From Octopus sinensis (Eukaryota), in the NCBI RefSeq assembly GCF_006345805.1, contig NC_043007.1:24862001-24926000 (forward strand): a stretch of 64,000 nt of DNA, read 5' to 3'. Below the pieces are notes generated by a model. It saw only the letters and a list, made by a program, of their open reading frames with translations, did no database searches and was not told the origin of the DNA. The stretch's first letter is position 1. Each line of letters starts with the position of its first letter. Positions 13,966 to 25,150 of this stretch are shown piece after piece. The position numbers were made by a program, and so were the translations under genes.

Positions 13966-14490
13966 TCCCTGGAAGTGAAACACCTTTCATTGGAGATTCT
14001 TGAGAGCAAACGCAATGTTGACCGCCCACCAAAATAGAAACTGCGAAGAACAACAGCAGCAACAAAGCCCTAGGAAAGAAATACACAGCAAAGCTTCCAG
14101 CAAATCTTTTTTGTTTTTTTTATTCCCCATTCAAGAGACTATCAGAGTTACATGAGAGCCTTCATATTCCATGTCTGTTAAGAAAATTCAAGGCCAATGT
14201 CTTAGTAGTAGATGGATCGGATAATGGAACACATTGTTTCACTTATGGGCATCCATAGGAAGACTCGTTCAGCTGTGGCTGGAGGTTATTATACTTCACA
14301 TAGTTAACCCTTGACACAGGACTAACTAGAAATGTTGTTTATATTTAGTATTTAGCTATGTCTGAAATACACCCTCAGACTAAGTATCTATGTCTGAGAG
14401 GTGTTTATTATTTATAAGATTATGATTCTCTGAACTATTAACCCTTGTCTTAAGAGGGTATGGCTTCAATACATACATATATATGCATAC

Positions 14491-14555
<65 letters not shown>

Positions 14556-14726
14556 AACATTGTATAAGTACAGTATGTACATACAAACAGTGAAGTTATG
14601 TAGATTAGTGGTTGGGGTTCTTTGGCTCACAACTGTGAGGTCATGAGTTCAATATCTGGCATCACATTGTGTCCTTGAGCAAGACACTTCATTTCACATT
14701 GCTGCAGTCTGCTCAGCTGGCAAAAA

Positions 14727-15149
14727 CAGGGTGGCCCAAAAGTAGGTTTACAGTTATTCAACTATCCCTTTCGCATTCATATATTAACAGTTTAGATCTT
14801 AATTATAAAAAAAAATATGAAACTATTATTCGATGCCAGTGGTTTTCAACCAGGGTTCCGCCAGTACAGTCCAAGGGTTCCGCAAGAAGTTACAAAACTG
14901 CTAAAATCGGCAGTAATTTTTAATTCTCCTGTGCAGATATGTGTGCATAAGACTATTAAATTATTGCACAGGGGTTCCTCGAGCCAGTGGAATGTTTCCT
15001 TGGGGTTCCGCTCCAGCAAAAAGTTTGAAAAGCACTGTTCTATGCTAATTTGGTTAATTGTAAGATAGAAATTTAAGTGTAATAAAATGTTCTAAAGGAA
15101 ATTTCAAGTGCTTACATGATAACTGCACACCTATTTTGGGGCCACCCTG
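14727..15149. mobile_element. Tc1/mariner-type MITE
   Basis: TIRs cagggtggcccaaaagtaggt / acctattttggggccaccctg; TA on the right flank, AA on the left. Confidence 0.75.
14837..15037. mobile_element. hAT-type MITE (201 bp)
   Basis: TIRs cagtggttttcaa / ttgaaaagcactg; 8-bp TSD ttcgatgc / ttctatgc; subterminal gggttcc repeats. Confidence 0.88.
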
Positions 15150-16639
15150 TATGAGTTGTACTTGTATTTCAAAGAGCCAGTCTTGTCACATTCTGTGTTA
15201 CATTTCATCTTCCTGGGAACTATATTAAAGGTACAAGTACCTGTGGAGTGCTTGGCCATATGCACGCTAATTTCATGAGCAGGCTGTTCTATTAATTGGA
15301 TCAACTGGAACCCTCAGTGTTGTAACCGATGGAGTCCCAGTACATACATACATATATATATATATTTACACATATTGTACATGTATAATATATACATATG
15401 CATCTCCTGCCCTTCCTCTTCTTTATTTTAACATCTACTTTACCATGTTGGCATGGGCTGAATGGAATTTGGTAAGGCAGATATTTTATAGCTGGATACT
15501 CTCCCTGTTGACAAATCTCACCTCTTTCCAAGAAAGGCAAAATTTCCCCCATGGCCAGATATATTCTGACAGAAGACTGGAAATAAATGGCACTGCATGT
15601 CTGATACTCATATTACAACTATTACAACTAATGCTCAAATTCAAGACACACAGACTCAAACACACACATGCATGTACAGATATTTATGTGAAGGGCTTCT
15701 TTCAATTTCCATTCAGTCAAATCCACTCGCAAAGTTTTGACCAGCGCAGGACTATAATAGAAAATACTTGCCCAAAGCATCACACATTAAGTGTGAACTG
15801 AACCCAAGACCACACGATTAAGAAGCAAGCTTGTCAACCACACAGCCACGCCCAAACATTTTACAATCGTTGGTGTGATTTGAACACCAAAATGGTCATG
15901 GACCAGGATACAATACAGGTGTCTTTCTGCTTTGGTCGAATATACTGAACTTCCTAAAATTCTTCATAATTAAGTGTCTTTTATTAATCTTCCAATGTTC
16001 TCATTCAAATAACATTGCTTCAAGCAGACTACAAGTGTTCACTTTCATTAATAATTTTAATTATTCAGAATAAATTGTCCTGTTAATTCTTCTGCGTGTA
16101 AATAGTAAACATACTTTCACCCTTCTTCACCATTCCCTGCATCCACCTCTCTTGTCCATCTCTATCCATCTGCCACTCCCCTTTCACATTCTCATGAACT
16201 TACCTTCCTACTCGTCCTGTCTAACTCCTTGGACCACTTTTCTTAGATTCACTTTCCTGTAACTTGAGGCTATGCCCTACCTTTCATCACCACCATCTTC
16301 TCTCTTTTTCACAATGGCTTAACCATGTATTTCCTCCAGTGGAGGTCACATATTTCTGTCCCTCTATCATAACTTAACCTCTCATCACTTGGCACAAAAG
16401 CCACCTCCCTCAATACTATACCCAACTCAGTTGAGAGATTTTGTCTTGCTAGTTACTTGGTGTCCTCACTAGTGCTGGTGCCATGTAAAAAGCATCCAGT
16501 AAACTCTGTGAAGTGGCCGGTATTAGGAAGAACATCAAGTTGTAGAAACCATACCAAATCAGACACTGGAGCATGGCACAGTTCTCTGGATCGACAGCTT
16601 CTATCAAACCATTCAACTCATGATGGTATGGAAAACAGA

Positions 16640-16868
16640 AAGGCGGCAAGCTAGCAGAAACGTTAGCACACCGGGCGCAATGCTTAGCGGTATTTCATCT
16701 GCCACTATGTTCTGAGTTCAAATTCCGCCGAGGTCGACTTTGCCTTTCATCCTTTCAGGGTCGATAAATTAAGTACCACTGGGGTTGATGTAATCGACTT
16801 AATCCGTTTGTCTGTCCTTGTTTGTCCCCTCTGTGTGTAGCCCCTTGTGGGTAGTAAAGAAATAGGTT
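16640..16868 (+). mobile_element. SINE-B monomer nested in an RTE tail, 11-bp TSD
   Basis: TSD tggaaaacaga at 16629-16639 and 16869-16879. Confidence 0.9.
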
Positions 16869-17217
16869 TGGAAAACAGATGTTAAGCTGTGATGACAGTA
16901 ATAATGATGATGTGTGTGTTTATATATGTATAGAGGAGACCTACTGAGTCAAAATGAAAATCACAATCACAATCTCAATCAAATTGAAAATTGTAGTTGT
17001 GACTGATGCCAGCACTGCCTGACTGACTTCCAAGATGGTGGTAAGCAAAAAGGACCCACTAAACTCTTGGAGTGGTTGGCATTAGGAAGGGTATCCAGCT
17101 GTAGAAACCTTGCCAGATTAGACTGGAGCCTGGTGCAGCCTCCTGGCATGCCACTCCCCAGTCAAACCGTCCGACTCATGTCAGCATGTAAAACGGATGT
17201 TAAAAGATGATGATGAT

Positions 17218-17462
<245 letters not shown>

Positions 17463-17478
17463 GAAGTAATACAATTAC

Positions 17479-17671
17479 CTTTATGTCTTCTCTCCACTCT
17501 GTCTTTCCATAACTCTTGGTAATCTCTGGTTGGAACAAATGGTAGCAAGCCATTGCGTTGGCTAATCGGGTCAAAGATTGGCGCCCGCTACCACCAACTC
17601 CTACCAAGAGAGCATTGCCACCAGGGGAACACAAAATCCGACAGATTCTTGATAGGTGCTCCAACACATAT
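17479..17671 (-). CDS. DNAH12: Dynein exon M (193 nt): [13 protein letters not shown]...[19 protein letters not shown]...EWREDIK; AAA4 Walker A
   Basis: ctctctgcag|A TAT ... AAG|gtaatt; GVGGSGRQS typical of axonemal AAA4. Confidence 0.97.
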
Positions 17672-17878
17672 CTGCAGAGAGAGAAAGAGAGAAAAAGATG
17701 GGTATGATATATACATATAACAATACTGGGGTTACTCCCTGATGCTAATTCAAGTATTATAGTTCTAAGTTGATTAACAATACTTAGAGTAGCAACAGAA
17801 AGTAATCTAAATACTGTAATAAAAAAATTACACTTTAGTTCATAAGTGAGTACTTTCCTTTGTAAATTCATGAATATA

Positions 17879-18096
17879 TATTTCTTTACTATCCAAAAGG
17901 GGTTAAACAAAGAGAGGACAAACAGATTAAGTCGATTACATCAACCCCAGTGCGTAACTGGTACTTAATTTATCAACCCCGAAAGGATGAAAGGCAAAGT
18001 CGACCTCGGTGGAATTTGAACCCAGAACATAACAGCAGATGAAATACGGCTATGCATTTCGCCCGGTGTGCTAAGGTTTCTGCCAGCTCGCCGCCA
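17879..18096 (-). mobile_element. SINE-B monomer, 16-bp TSD
   Basis: TSD taaattcatgaatata at 17863-17878 and 18097-18112. Confidence 0.9.
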
Positions 18097-18126
18097 TAAA
18101 TTCATGAATATAGCTATGACTTAAGT

Positions 18127-18435
18127 GCAGGTGTGGCTAAGATGCAGGTATGGCTTAGAGTCAGGTATGAGTTAGACAGAGGTGTGGCTTAGATGCACAT
18201 GTGGGTTAGAGGTAAGTGAGGGTTAGACACAGGTGTGGATTAGATGCAGGTGTAGGTTAGAGGCAGGTGTAGATTAGAGGCAGGTGTGGTTTAGACACAA
18301 GTGTGGGTAAAACACAGGTATAGCTTAGACATAAGTATGGCTTAGATGCAGGTGTGGCTTAGATTCAGGCTCAACTTAGACACAGGTAAAGCTTAGTTGC
18401 ACAGGTGTGTGTTAGATGCGCATATGGCTTAGATG
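18127..18435. repeat. 17-bp minisatellite (gcaggtgtggcttagat), about 18 copies
   Basis: Directly visible; runs into a SINE-A head at about 18440. Confidence 0.88.
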
Positions 18436-19129
18436 TAGTTGTAGCTAAGAAGTCTGCTTCCTAACCACAGAGTTTTGGTTTCAGTCCTACTGTGTAGCAC
18501 CCTGGGTAAGTGAAGTTCACTATTGCAGTGGTGCTGGTACAACATAAAAAGCATCAGGTAAAGTGGTTGGTATTAGGAAGAGCATCCAGCCTTAGAAATC
18601 ATGCCAAAGTAGACAGAAGATGGTGCACTCCTCTTCTTTGCCAGTCCCTGTCAAATTATCCAACCCATGCCAGCATGAAAAATGGACGGTAAATGATGAT
18701 AATGATGACGATGACTGACCAAAGCCTTGTGAATGGAGTTACTAGATGGAAATGGAAAGAAGCCAGTCCATTGTATGTGTGTGTGTTTTGTCTTGGACAT
18801 TGTGTGATAGTTGTAAAGAAGTGTCACTGTCATACAAGCAGTGTTGTTCATTTCCAAGACTGATTGGGAAACTTGTCCAGCTGTGAGAATATATTACCTT
18901 GCTTGGAAACAGGCGAGGTGCTTGGAAACAGGTGAGGTTTGGTGACAGGAAGGGCATCTGATCCATGAAATCATGGTAAAGTGGACATAAGACGATGATA
19001 ATGATGACAATGTTGTTGATGATGATGATGAAGATGATGATGCATACTCATTGCATACATACACACACACTACATATATTACACATATTGTGTATATGTA
19101 CATATGCAAGCATTTGTTTATGGTGGCCC

Positions 19130-19375
19130 CCAAGGAGGCAATGATAAGTGACCGAGACCTTGAGAAGACCCATCAAGCCAAGTGAAATTGTAGTTGTGGC
19201 CAAAGCTGGTGTCAAGTTGCTAGCACCGATTACATTCTTGGAGTGGTTGGCATTAGGAAGGGCATCCAGCCACAGAAACCATGTCAAGTTAGATTGGAAC
19301 CTGGTGTAACCCTCCAGTTTACCAGTTTCAGTCAAACCGTCTAATCCATGGAAAGCAGACACTAAATGATGATGA
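19130..19375 (+). mobile_element. RTE LINE 3' end (ORF terminus plus 3' UTR plus GAT tail); reference for many short copies
   Basis: EAMISDRDL..EKTHQAK* followed by ggagtggttggcattaggaagggcatccagc...catggaaagcagac..aaatgatgatg. The same tail occurs at about 5497-5755, 8400-8710, 16450-16640, 17000-17220, 18510-18715, 22020-22330, 33345-33555, 36560-36955, 38380-38540, 40450-40740, 43020-43285, 45080-45680, 48430-48730, 53290-53540, 57160-57345 (+) and 31920-32170, 44820-44990, 54100-54270 (-). Confidence 0.8.
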
Positions 19376-20205
19376 ATGATGTATATGGTGTCAATAGTCT
19401 GCATGTGTATATATTCATGTAGCATATCTAACCCATGGAAAGCAGACACTAAATGATGAATGATGTACATGGTGTCAATAGTCTACATGTGTATATATTC
19501 ATGTAGCATGTCTAATCCATGGAAAGCAGACACCAAATGATGATGAATGATGTGCATGTTGGCAATTGTCTGCATGTGTATATATTCATGTAGCATATCT
19601 AACCCATGGAAAGCAGACACTAAATGATGAATGATGTACATGGTATCAATAGTCTACATATGTATATGTTCATGTAGCATGTCTAATCCATGGAAAGCAG
19701 ACACTAAATAATGATGAATGATGTGTAAATTGGCAATAGTCTGCATGTGTATATATTCATGTAGCATATCTAATCCATGGAAAGCAGACACTAAATAATG
19801 ATGAATGATGTGTAAATTGGCAATAGTCTGCATGTGTATATATTCATGTAGCATATCTAATCCATGGAAAGCAGACACCAAATGATGATGAATGATGTGC
19901 ATGTTGGCAATAGTCTGCATGTGTATATATTCATGTAGCATGTCTAATCCATGGAAAGCAGACACTAAATGATGATGAATGATGTGCATGGTGTCAATAG
20001 TCTGCATGTGTATATATTCATGTAGCATATCTAACCCATGGAAAGCAGACACTAAATGATGAATGATGTACATGGTGTCAATAGTCTACATGTGTATATA
20101 TTCATGTAGAATGTCTAATCCATGGAAAGCTAACACTAAATGATGATGAATGATATGCATGGTGTCAATAGTCTACATGTGTATATATACTTATGTAGTG
20201 TGTCT
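19342..20205. repeat. Minisatellite, 10 copies of an 84/87-bp unit
   Basis: Unit ctaatccatggaaagcagacactaaatgatgatgaatgatgt...ttcatgtagcatat; high identity among copies. Confidence 0.95.
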
Positions 20206-20208
20206 TAC

Positions 20209-20387
20209 CGAAATATGACCAGATCCATTGAAGTTTTGTGGGTATTGTTGTATTCTTCCATGTATGTATGGACAACGTGATACATATCGTCCAGTGACTT
20301 CACTTCGGTGTACACTCTTTCGTCTATCATGGCGTCTGGGTTCATGTAGTCCCCAAACATCAGATTGTGAAAGTCTGCTTCACACAC
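20209..20387 (-). CDS. DNAH12: Dynein exon L (179 nt): VCEADFHNLMFGDYMNPD...EEYNNTHKTSMDLVIF
   Basis: gttatccag|GTG ... CG|gtaaga; LMFGDYMNP and MxLVxF motifs. Confidence 0.96.
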
Positions 20388-20418
20388 CTGGATAACAACA
20401 ACAATCAATCATTAATAA

Positions 20419-21537
20419 ACAGTCTCTTACAATAATGATGATGGAGAAGGCACTAATGACAGGGATGTTGGTAGTAGTTGCCATGGAAGCAAGTTTCTCC
20501 TGAATGAGCTTCCTCCCAAACCAACTGCAATGACATGGAGAGCTGAGCGATCAATGGATCACAGTGACAAAAAGGGGGTAGGTGGAAGTGGAGGAGAGTA
20601 CACAGCCCTACCCCAAGAAATCAACAAAAATCTTATTCTTATTTCTTTATTGTCCACAAGAGGCTAAACACAGAGGGGACTAAACAAGGACAAACAAAGG
20701 GATTAAGTCGATTACATCGACCCCAGTGCGTAACTGGTACTTATTTAATTGATGCCGAAAGGATGAAAGGCAAAGTCAACCTTGGCAGAATTTGAACTCA
20801 GAATGTAACAGCAGACAAAATACCTATTTCTTTATTACCCACAACGGGCTAAACACAGAGAGGACAAACAAGGACAGACAAACGGATTAAGTCGATTACA
20901 TCGACCCCCCAGTGCATAGCTGGTACTTAATTTATCGACCTTGAAAGGATGAAAGGCAAAGTCAACCTTGGCGGAATTTGAACTCAGAACGTAAGAGCAG
21001 ACGAAATACCGCTAAGCATTTCGTCCGGCGTGCTAACATTTCTGCCAGCTCGCCGCCCTACAAAAATCTTATTCTGAAACCACAACGGCAACACAATTCA
21101 CAACCATTCCAACAAAAACTGCAAGATCAAGATCAACAACTTCAAAAACAGGAACATTATCAACAACAGCATGGAAAAGAAACTGAGAAACAACTGATTA
21201 CAAAACTTCAAAAATATTCATCAGACTGTAGACGAAATGTATCCATTGTGTTGTGAGCAAGAGCAACAATGAATTGATGGATTTTGTAAATCAAAATAAA
21301 ATCAGTATAGAGACAGAAGGAAAGGAATTTGAGGATTTCGTCCTCAAAACCTCCAAGGACAGACTCTTAATTAAAATGTTTGATGACGTTTATAAAGCTA
21401 TGATAGAAAAATTTCCAGGAAGTGTGGGGATTTTAAAAAACCTATTGATAAAAGGCTGTTGGAAGGGCCTTTTGAAAAAATTTTCACCTGTAGAGAAGCC
21501 TGGAACTTCCAGGTTTATTGAAAACCAAGGTGAGTAA
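20419..21537 (+). pseudogene. Possible decayed coding sequence of unknown origin, antisense in dynein intron K-L
   Basis: With the SINE dimer removed: 133 stop-free codons (20419-20639 plus 21076-21256), overlapping a second 101-codon frame (21232-21537) that contains the donor-like CAAG|GTGAGT at 21529|21530. Confidence 0.4.
20640..21059 (-). mobile_element. SINE-B head-to-tail dimer, 16-bp TSD
   Basis: TSD acaaaaatcttattct at 20624-20639 and 21060-21075; internal junction at 20824|20825. Confidence 0.92.
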
Positions 21538-22744
21538 CCTCCTCATTTTCTTTTTCCAACTAGCATGGCAGTGCTGAGAATGGGGTATGTGAATGTACTT
21601 GATGGGAACACTCAGCTTATTTTGCTGAGTATGATGAAAAGTGTCAGCTGTCCACAGCCAGCAGACTAAGGTGACATTTGTTTACTGGTCGTTATTCATG
21701 AACCTTACAAAGAATTCTTACAGTTCCAAGCAAAGCTGATTTTTGTAGGAGTTCTATCTTTACATTTGTACCAATCTTTTTGAGCCATGTTGGTAGTTAT
21801 CATCATCGTTATTATTATTTAAGGCATCAAGCGAGCAGAATCGTTAACACACTGGGCAAAATGCTTCACAGCATTTTGTACGTCTTTATGTTCTGAGTTC
21901 AAATTCATCCTTTCATCCTTTTGGGGTCGATAAATTAAGTACCACAACTTATCTCCTCCCCCCAAATTTCAGGCCTTGCACCTTTAGTAGAAAGAATTGT
22001 TATTATCATTATTATTATTGGCATGTAAAAGCACCATCCGTTCGTGTCCGTTGCCAGCCTCGCCTGGCCCCCGTGCCGGTGACACGTAAAAGCACCATCC
22101 GTTCGTGGCCGTTTGCCAGCTCTGTCTGGCACCTGTGCGGGTGGCACGTAAAAAGCACCCACTACACTCATGGAGTGGTTGGCGTTAGGAAGGGCATCCA
22201 GCCGTAGAAACACTGCCAGATCTGACTGGGCCTGATGAAGCCTTCCAGCTTCACAGACCCCAGTTGAACCGTCCAACCCATGCTAGCATGGAAAACGGAG
22301 GCTAAATGATGATGATGATGATGATGATGATTATTATTATTATTATGACGATAGTGGTTGTGATCGCAGTGATGATGTTGATGATGATATAACCCATTAG
22401 ATTACAAAAATGAATATAAATATACAAACCAACCAAAATGATGGCTAACTTGAAAATTTTAGCATGTTGGGGGAAAAAATAACATTATATTTATTTTTTT
22501 ATCTAAAAAAAAATACGGATGTTTTTTTATTTTCCCTCTTTTTGTCCCCTTCTTTTACATTGAACACATATCTGTTCTAAAAATGAATAATGTGCATTTG
22601 ACTCACTGAATAAGTTAAAAAAAATTTTTTTTTCTAAATTTTTTCTTTCTTTTTCAATCAATATTCTGCTATTGAGCATTGAATAGCGAAGAGAACGACG
22701 ACGGCAATAACAACAACAACAGCAACAATAATAATAATAGCAAC

Positions 22745-23112
22745 AAGCACTCAGAGAGCGCAAACCTCCGCCAAGGCAACACCAACATCCTCTCAATGAT
22801 TAGCTAGAGAGGATTTTTAAAATGAGCATATCTAAAATAAACTCAACTGCTCTCGTGAATGAGAATACTAAAAATGAACCTTGACCGCTCCCAAAAAATT
22901 AAGTAAAAAAAACAGGAAAAATAATCCAGAATCCTTGTCTGGTACCGGATTGATCCCAAAATTTAATCAGTTTGTGCCAGTCACGAGGCCAAACATCCCT
23001 GAAAGTTACATCCAAATCCATCCAGTGGTTCTTGTGAAATCTTGTCCACGGACGAACAAACAGACGAATGCAACTGAAAAGAATACCTCCACCTTCACTA
23101 AGGCGGAGGTAA
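22745..23112 (+). mobile_element. Helentron-associated (HINE/DINE-1-like) non-autonomous element
   Basis: Subterminal inverted repeats acctccgcc (22764-22772) and ggcggaggt (23102-23110); 3' stem-loop acctccacc-ttcactaa-ggcggaggt; short acaaacagac tract. Confidence 0.65.
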
Positions 23113-24376
23113 TGATAATAGCAACAATAACAACGATAATAAGAGTGCTGCTTCTGTCTACTTGTCTACAGTATCCAGTATTGCAATATTCTTTTCTACG
23201 GAGATTCAACTGGTTGTGACAGCCAGCAGAAAAGGGAAGGAAAGAAAAAAACCGTTTACATAATGTAAGTATTCTTCAAAAGAAGAGAGCTTTTGCTGCT
23301 GTCTGTAATGGCTGCAGGCTATGGTTGACACTCGCACACACAGACACACACATAAGAAAGTGTGTGTGTGTGTGTGTGAGTGAGTGTGTGTGTGTGTGTG
23401 TGTGTGAGTGTCTGTGTGTGTGTGTGTGAGTGTGTGTGTGTGTGTGTGAGTGAGTGAGTGTGTGTGTGCGTGTGAGTGTGTGTGAGTGTGTGTGTGTGAG
23501 TGTGTGTTGTGTGTGTGCATGAGTGTGCATGTGTGTGTATGTATGGATATGTATGCACATGCATATATATATATTTAGCTTAAATGGATGGAATAACATG
23601 TGGAAAAGGAATAAAAAAAATGTATATAACAAAAAGCATAAACATATGCATATTCAATATATATATAATATAATATAATATATAACACACACACACATAT
23701 ATATATATGTATGTATGTATACATATATATGCACACACACATATACATACATATATGTATAAGTACAGCTTTTCCTCTATCTCTCTCTCTATACATATAT
23801 ATACATATACATACATACATATAAGTACACACATATATGTGTGTATGTGTTTGAATATTAGTACATATGTATGAGTGTGCATCTCTGCATATTCGTATAT
23901 ATATATATATCTTTTACCTGGACATGAATGCATACTACACATTTCTAATGGAAACCTGCACATAAAATGATACATACACTGCTCTTACTCTCATCAACAG
24001 GTGATGAAGTGACCAGGACGAGAGCATTACCAGATTTTATATATGCTATATTTCTTCAAATATTTATATATATATATATATCTTCACACTGTCTTTCAGA
24101 AATGCTATAGTCTTTCTACTTCACTGAGCCCTTTGCTAAACTCTTGCATCAAGAAATATTCTTCTCATTATATCTGTGAAATATTCATTCTCATCACTAA
24201 TATCATACATGGACACAAATAAAAAATATATACATAAAGCTGATGTACAAACGATGATAATGATGTGTGTGTGTGTTTGTGTGTGTGTGTTGTGTGTGTG
24301 TGTGTGTGTGTTGGTGTGCGTGTATGGTGTATGTATATACATATGTATATGTGTGTATATATACACATATACATAC

Positions 24377-24458
<82 letters not shown>

Positions 24459-24544
24459 AAATTGCATTCGGTGGGATTAGTAATATTTTTGGTAGAAATG
24501 ACTAATTGTCCCTCTTAGCGTGTGGCATGTATGTATAATGCCCT

Positions 24545-24545
24545 C

Positions 24546-24579
<34 letters not shown>

Positions 24580-24775
24580 CACAAACACACACACACATAT
24601 ATATATATACATACACATGCATATACACATGCACATACAAATATATAAATATTATATACTTAGATATATTGATACATAAGTAGATAAATACACACACAGA
24701 TGGACAGACAGACAGACACAGAGACACATAGATAGATAGATATTTAGATAGATAGATAGATAGATAGATACATAC

Positions 24776-24814
<39 letters not shown>

Positions 24815-24815
24815 C

Positions 24816-24878
<63 letters not shown>

Positions 24879-24956
24879 TTTAGACAGATAGATAGATAGA
24901 TACATACATACATACATAGATAGATAGATAGATAGATAGGTAGATAGATAGATATT

Positions 24957-25024
<68 letters not shown>

Positions 25025-25073
25025 CAGATACATACATACATACATACATACTTACATATATACATAGATAGAC

Positions 25074-25144
<71 letters not shown>

Positions 25145-25150
25145 AAGATA
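24545..25150. repeat. Long (GATA)n/(CATA)n/(TA)n microsatellite
   Basis: Directly visible. Confidence 0.95.

Larger units (their letters stand above)
14620..15340 (+). mobile_element. SINE-D-family copy split by a nested MITE pair
   Basis: tRNA-like head gagttcaatatc..ccttgagcaagacacttcatttcac..cagctggcaaaaa, which appears to resume as tgagttgtacttgtatttcaaag after 15151. Confidence 0.7.

Noticed and set aside
21530-21563. 34-nt mini-intron (gtgagt...ccaactag) extending the hidden antisense ORF
   Set aside because: Splicing it leads to a stop after four codons, and the intron is implausibly short without RNA evidence.
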